A stretch of 56,455 nucleotides of DNA from Octopus bimaculoides (lineage: Eukaryota): positions 12,540,676 through 12,597,130 of the forward strand of contig NC_068992.1 of NCBI RefSeq assembly GCF_001194135.2, given 5' to 3'. Positions 52,343-56,455 of this stretch are shown in pieces; within the stretch, counting starts at the first letter, position 1; each line of letters opens with the position of its first letter. A program made the translations under genes and the position numbers. The notes below the pieces were generated by a model. That model worked only from the letters and a program-made list of their open reading frames with translations. It was not told where the DNA came from and did no database searches.

Positions 52343-54157
52343 TACATATATACATTTATGTATATATGTACGTATATACATACATATATATATATACATA
52401 TATATATGTATNNNNNNNNNNNNNNNNNNNNNNNNNNNNNNNNNNNNNNNNNNNNNNNNNNNNNNNNNNNNNNNNNNNNNNNNNNNNNNNNNNNNNNNNN
52501 NNNNNNNNNNNNNNNNNNNNNNNNNNNNNNNNNNNNNNNNNNNNNNNNNNNNNNNNNNNNNNNNNNNNNNNNNNNNNNNNNNNNNNNNNNNNNNNNNNNN
52601 NNNNNNNNNNNNNNNNNNNNNNNNNNNNNNNNNNNNNNNNNNNNNNNNNNNNNNNNNNNNNNNNNNNNNNNNNNNNNNNNNNNNNNNNNNNNNNNNNNNN
52701 NNNNNNNNNNNNNNNNNNNNNNNNNNNNNNNNNNNNNNNNNNNNNNNNNNNNNNNNNTATATATATATATATATATATGAATTTCCTCATAGCATATGTG
52801 TGTCGTTTTTAATAGTCATCAGAGATATGAAGCAATCGTTCGGCTGCTTATCTGAAAGCAACTAAAAGTCAAAGTCCCAGACTATATTCGATATTTAAAT
52901 CATTATATATTGTTTCCACCTCCAGTTTTGTGATGAGATTTTACCATTAAGATAATGTTTATTGCTACATTTCATTGTGCTAACTGTATTGACAACGATA
53001 TTAAAATATTATGCAGCAAGATTCCCTTGGTACTTACCTGCATTCTTTCTTTTAATTATTCAAGTGTTGCTTTATAGGTTTTGTACATAATTACGTGCTA
53101 TATATATTTGTATTTTATTTATATAATACTTCACTGTATATTAAAGCAGAAAAAAGTAAAAGGACATTCGATTTATACAATTCAATATCAGAGAAAAAAG
53201 GAGAGTGAAACTCCAAATGGACTGCTTCATAGTTTGGTTTCCGCTTCTCCGCGAAGATACACTTATCTTCTTTCGTTAATTTATAGCATAAATCATGTGC
53301 TTTTTAAGCAGTAAAGAATCATATTACGGCATTAGCCTATTCTTGTTTAATCCACAGTGAGGTTTCATAATATTTAAATTCTAATTTACATAGTGTCGTG
53401 TAAATAAGTATATATACATATGTCATTTCAATAGTGACTACAAACCAAAAGTACAAAATTAATGTTAAGGTATCCACTAATGTGCTACTCTTATTCAGGA
53501 CTGCTTTATAAGGCACTAGTCTTGCAATTGCTTTGAAAAAAGATGTATATGTCTTGTATGATAAGCGGTCAAAATGACAGTTATAATTTCAGGAGGTTCC
53601 CTTCCTTTTTCGGTAACAGAATAACATGCAAGGAAAGTGTGCTTACATTCTTATTCTAATATATCTGCTGTGAGATTTTCTCACCTATAATTTAGTCACA
53701 ACATGTAGTCGAGATGTAGACACGAGATTTAAACTGGTTTCCTTTGATGTCGTGTTTCTCTTTTTTTCCTTGCTAAATTCTTTCTTACGTTACATGGATA
53801 GAAAAGGTCGTTCAAATGAAGCGTTAGTCTACTTCATTCCCTTTTCCTTTTACGGTGTACGAGTGAATGTGCAAAATTTTATTCTGTTAAGTTTTACATT
53901 TTATCCGCTACCTTTTCAATTATTTCCTACTTGTAAACTCTCACGTTCTCCAATTACCTTTCCCTTATCTCCTTCGTTTCATTTGTGGTATGTATATTAC
54001 TGTTCTAATTCTCCTTGTATACAAGCATATATATGTATACAGATATATTTATACATGCAAATATATGCATATATATTTATACATACTCATATATATGTAT
54101 ACATACATACATATATATATATATGGAGATGTATACATACAAATATACATGTACATG

Positions 54158-54237
<80 letters not shown>

Positions 54238-55195
54238 NNNNNNNNNNNNNNNNNNNNNNNNNNNNNNNNNNNNNNNNNNNNNNNNNNNNNNNNNNNNNNN
54301 NNNNNNNNNNNNNNNNNNNNNNNNNNNNNNNNNNNNNNNNNNNNNNNNNNNNNNNNNNNNNNNNNNNNNNNNNNNNNNNNNNNNNNNNNNNNNNNNNNNN
54401 NNNNNNNNNNNNNNNNNNNNNNNNNNNNNNNNNNNNNNNNNNNNNNNNNNNNNNNNNNNNNNNNNNNNNNNNNNNNNNNNNNNNNNNNNNNNNNNNNNNN
54501 NNNNNNNNNNNNNNNNNNNNNNNNNNNNNNNNNNNNNNNNNNNNNNNNNNNNNNNNNNNNNNNNNNNNNNNNNNNNNNNNNNNNNNNNNNNNNNNNNNNN
54601 NNNNNNNNNNNNNNNNNNNNNNNNNNNNNNNNNNNNNNNNNNNNNNNNNNNNNNNNNNNNNNNNNNNNNNNNNNNNNNNNNNNNNNNNNNNNNNNNNNNN
54701 NNNNNNNNNNNNNNNNNNNNNNNNNNNNNNNNNNNNNNNNNNNNNNNNNNNNNNNNNNNNNNNNNNNNNNNNNNNNNNNNNNNNNNNNNNNNNNNNNNNN
54801 NNNNNNNNNNNNNNNNNNNNNNNNNNNNNNNNNNNNNNNNNNNNNNNNNNNNNNNNNNNNNNNNNNNNNNNNNNNNNNNNNNNNNNNNNNNNNNNNNNNN
54901 NNNNNNNNNNNNNNNNNNNNNNNNNNNNNNNNNNNNNNNNNNNNNNNNNNNNNNNNNNNNNNNNNNNNNNNNNNNNNNNNNNNNNNNNNNNNNNNNNNNN
55001 NNNNNNNNNNNNNNNNNNNNNNNNNNNNNNNNNNNNNNNNNNNNNNNNNNNNNNNNNNNNNNNNNNNNNNNNNNNNNNNNNNNNNNNNNNNNNNNNNNNN
55101 NNNNNNNNNNNNNNNNNNNNNNNNNNNNNNNNNNNNNNNNNNNNNNNNNNNNNNNNNNNNNNNNNNNNNNNNNNNNNNNNNNNNNNNNNNNNNNN

Positions 55196-55232
<37 letters not shown>

Positions 55233-55345
55233 CATAGTTACATGTATGTATCAAAAGAGTTTACTGAAATTCCTATAGCCAATGATTAGCATCACACTTG
55301 AAACCCAGAGTAACAAAGAGTTGAATCACACTGTTTTGATCCATA

Positions 55346-55635
55346 TACGAGGGGTGTCTGAAAAGTTTTGAGCCTAACCTAGAATCGGGGCTGCTATATA
55401 GTTGAAACAATTTTTTTCTGGTAAGTACAGTCTTTTCGAAGTATTCTTGCTCATTTTCATGATTCTTTTATAATTCTTTTTGTTGATGATTTTTGAATAA
55501 TCAAGCTTCAGATTTACAAGGAAAATGAAGAAAACTGAGTATCGTGCTGTCATAAATTACCTTCATTTGAAAGGCATGACTCCATCAGAAATCCATGAAG
55601 ATATGGTGAGAACCTTAACAGACAATGCACTTTTG
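55346..55635 (+). mobile_element. Mariner transposon 5' end: TA, TIR and transposase N-terminus (truncated)
   Basis: TA at 55346-55347, then cgaggggtgtctgaaaagttttgagcct (TIR-like). ATG at 55525 gives MKKTEYRAVINYLHLKGMTPSEIHEDMVRTL, the mariner N-terminal HTH pattern (E.RAVI.F....G....EIH..M...L). Interrupted by a SINE tail at about 55636. Confidence 0.85.
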
Positions 55636-56112
55636 CCCCAGCATGGCTGCAGTCTAATGACTGCAAGAAGCAAGTAAAAGATAAAGATACGCGTGGTGGA
55701 TAGGATATATTACATATATGTATATATGCATGTATGTAATGATTTGTTTCCTCCCATGAAAGAACACCTGTTCTAGAAGTGACAAGACTATTTCACAACC
55801 AAGTCATTTACATCTTCTCAGGTATAAAATTGGGTTATGCTTAAATTAAGCCATTGAACTTCTAGTAGGTTAAATGCACTTCAGATACTTTCGAAAGCAA
55901 ACATTTATTTCTTCTCTGAGCTATGAATCTACAGTACGCAATAGAAAATCTTCAAAGCATTAACGATCACCTCAGGCTGAAAGTGTGACAAGCCTTTGGA
56001 GACATGCTAAGGTTTACAGCAAATAATGCAATCTTACATTCTACTATTCTGGTGATTTGTTTGTGATGGTGGCAGATAAAATTTCTGCATTTGATTTATT
56101 CTTCTCCAAAAC

Positions 56113-56118
56113 ATGCGC

Positions 56119-56172
<54 letters not shown>

Positions 56173-56216
56173 ATATCTATCTATCTATCTATCTATATAT
56201 CTATCTATCTATCTAT
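56113..56216. repeat. (ATCT)n microsatellite
   Basis: Read directly (starts about 56119). Confidence 0.95.
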
Positions 56217-56455
56217 GAAAAAAATTTCCCGCCACTTCGTAACTCATATGAAGGTCAGAGGAGTACACAAGAAGAAGGTCACCCATCTGCCACAACAACA
56301 ACACCTGCCAGCATCACAACCGCCAACAACAACGCTAATACAGCAACAGTCACCTCTGCCATCAACACCAGCACCACCACCAACAACAACAATAACAAGA
56401 TCAAAACAAACTTCGCCGAGGCGATAAAGGAAAAAACGACGGTAGTATCTTTTAC
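56217..56455 (+). other. Open frame running off the window end, possible LINE ORF1 N-terminus
   Basis: EKNFPPLRNSYEGQRSTQEEGHPSATTTTPASITTANNNANTATVTSAINTSTTTNNNNNKIKTNFAEAIKEKTTVVSF, no stop to the window end. FPPL and FAEA(I/V) motifs are common in retroelement ORF1/gag proteins. No start codon or splice acceptor seen. Confidence 0.3.

Larger units (their letters stand above)
4153..55195. other. Assembly gaps (major: 4153-4482, 10990-11140, 14958-15277, 16148-16767, 26868-27819, 31045-31881, 36174-37041, 40199-40411, 43553-44083, 46598-47046, 47471-48083, 52412-52757, 54238-55195; plus smaller ones)
   Basis: N runs, mostly flanked by (TA)n, consistent with short-read assembly breaking at microsatellites. 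Confidence 0.98.

Noticed and set aside
53030-53110. Perfect CAG|GTAAGT donor on the minus strand at 53038
   Set aside because: All upstream frames close within about 20 codons; an isolated donor is expected by chance.
15787-55289. The long ORFs (200-500 aa) in the supplied track
   Set aside because: They are long only because they read through N gaps and stop-free (TA)/(CA) tracts.

Overview
This is eukaryotic, AT-rich draft-assembly DNA, not a prokaryotic locus. About 7.5-8 kb is N gaps, most flanked by (TA)n. It is dense in (CA)n, (TA)n, (GATA)n and (AAT)n microsatellites and in decayed transposons. The tRNA-derived SINE families match those I recall from Octopus genomes, so a cephalopod (probably Octopus) intron or intergenic region is the best inference. 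I found no protein-coding gene I can identify; nearly all ORFs in the supplied track are microsatellite or gap read-throughs. Supportable content: at least four SINE families (about 15 copies or fragments), three mariner pieces, several Penelope-like element (PLE) remnants of at least two lineages, R4/Dong-type LINE fragments and a fairly well-preserved Tx1/L1-type RT fragment. I see no evidence of a novel biological system. The most unusual unexplained structure is a ~240 bp island (29.07-29.31 kb) of direct and inverted GGAACTTTCC(A)GGAA motifs resembling NF-kB plus STAT sites. Several unidentified candidate exons need RNA-seq to test.
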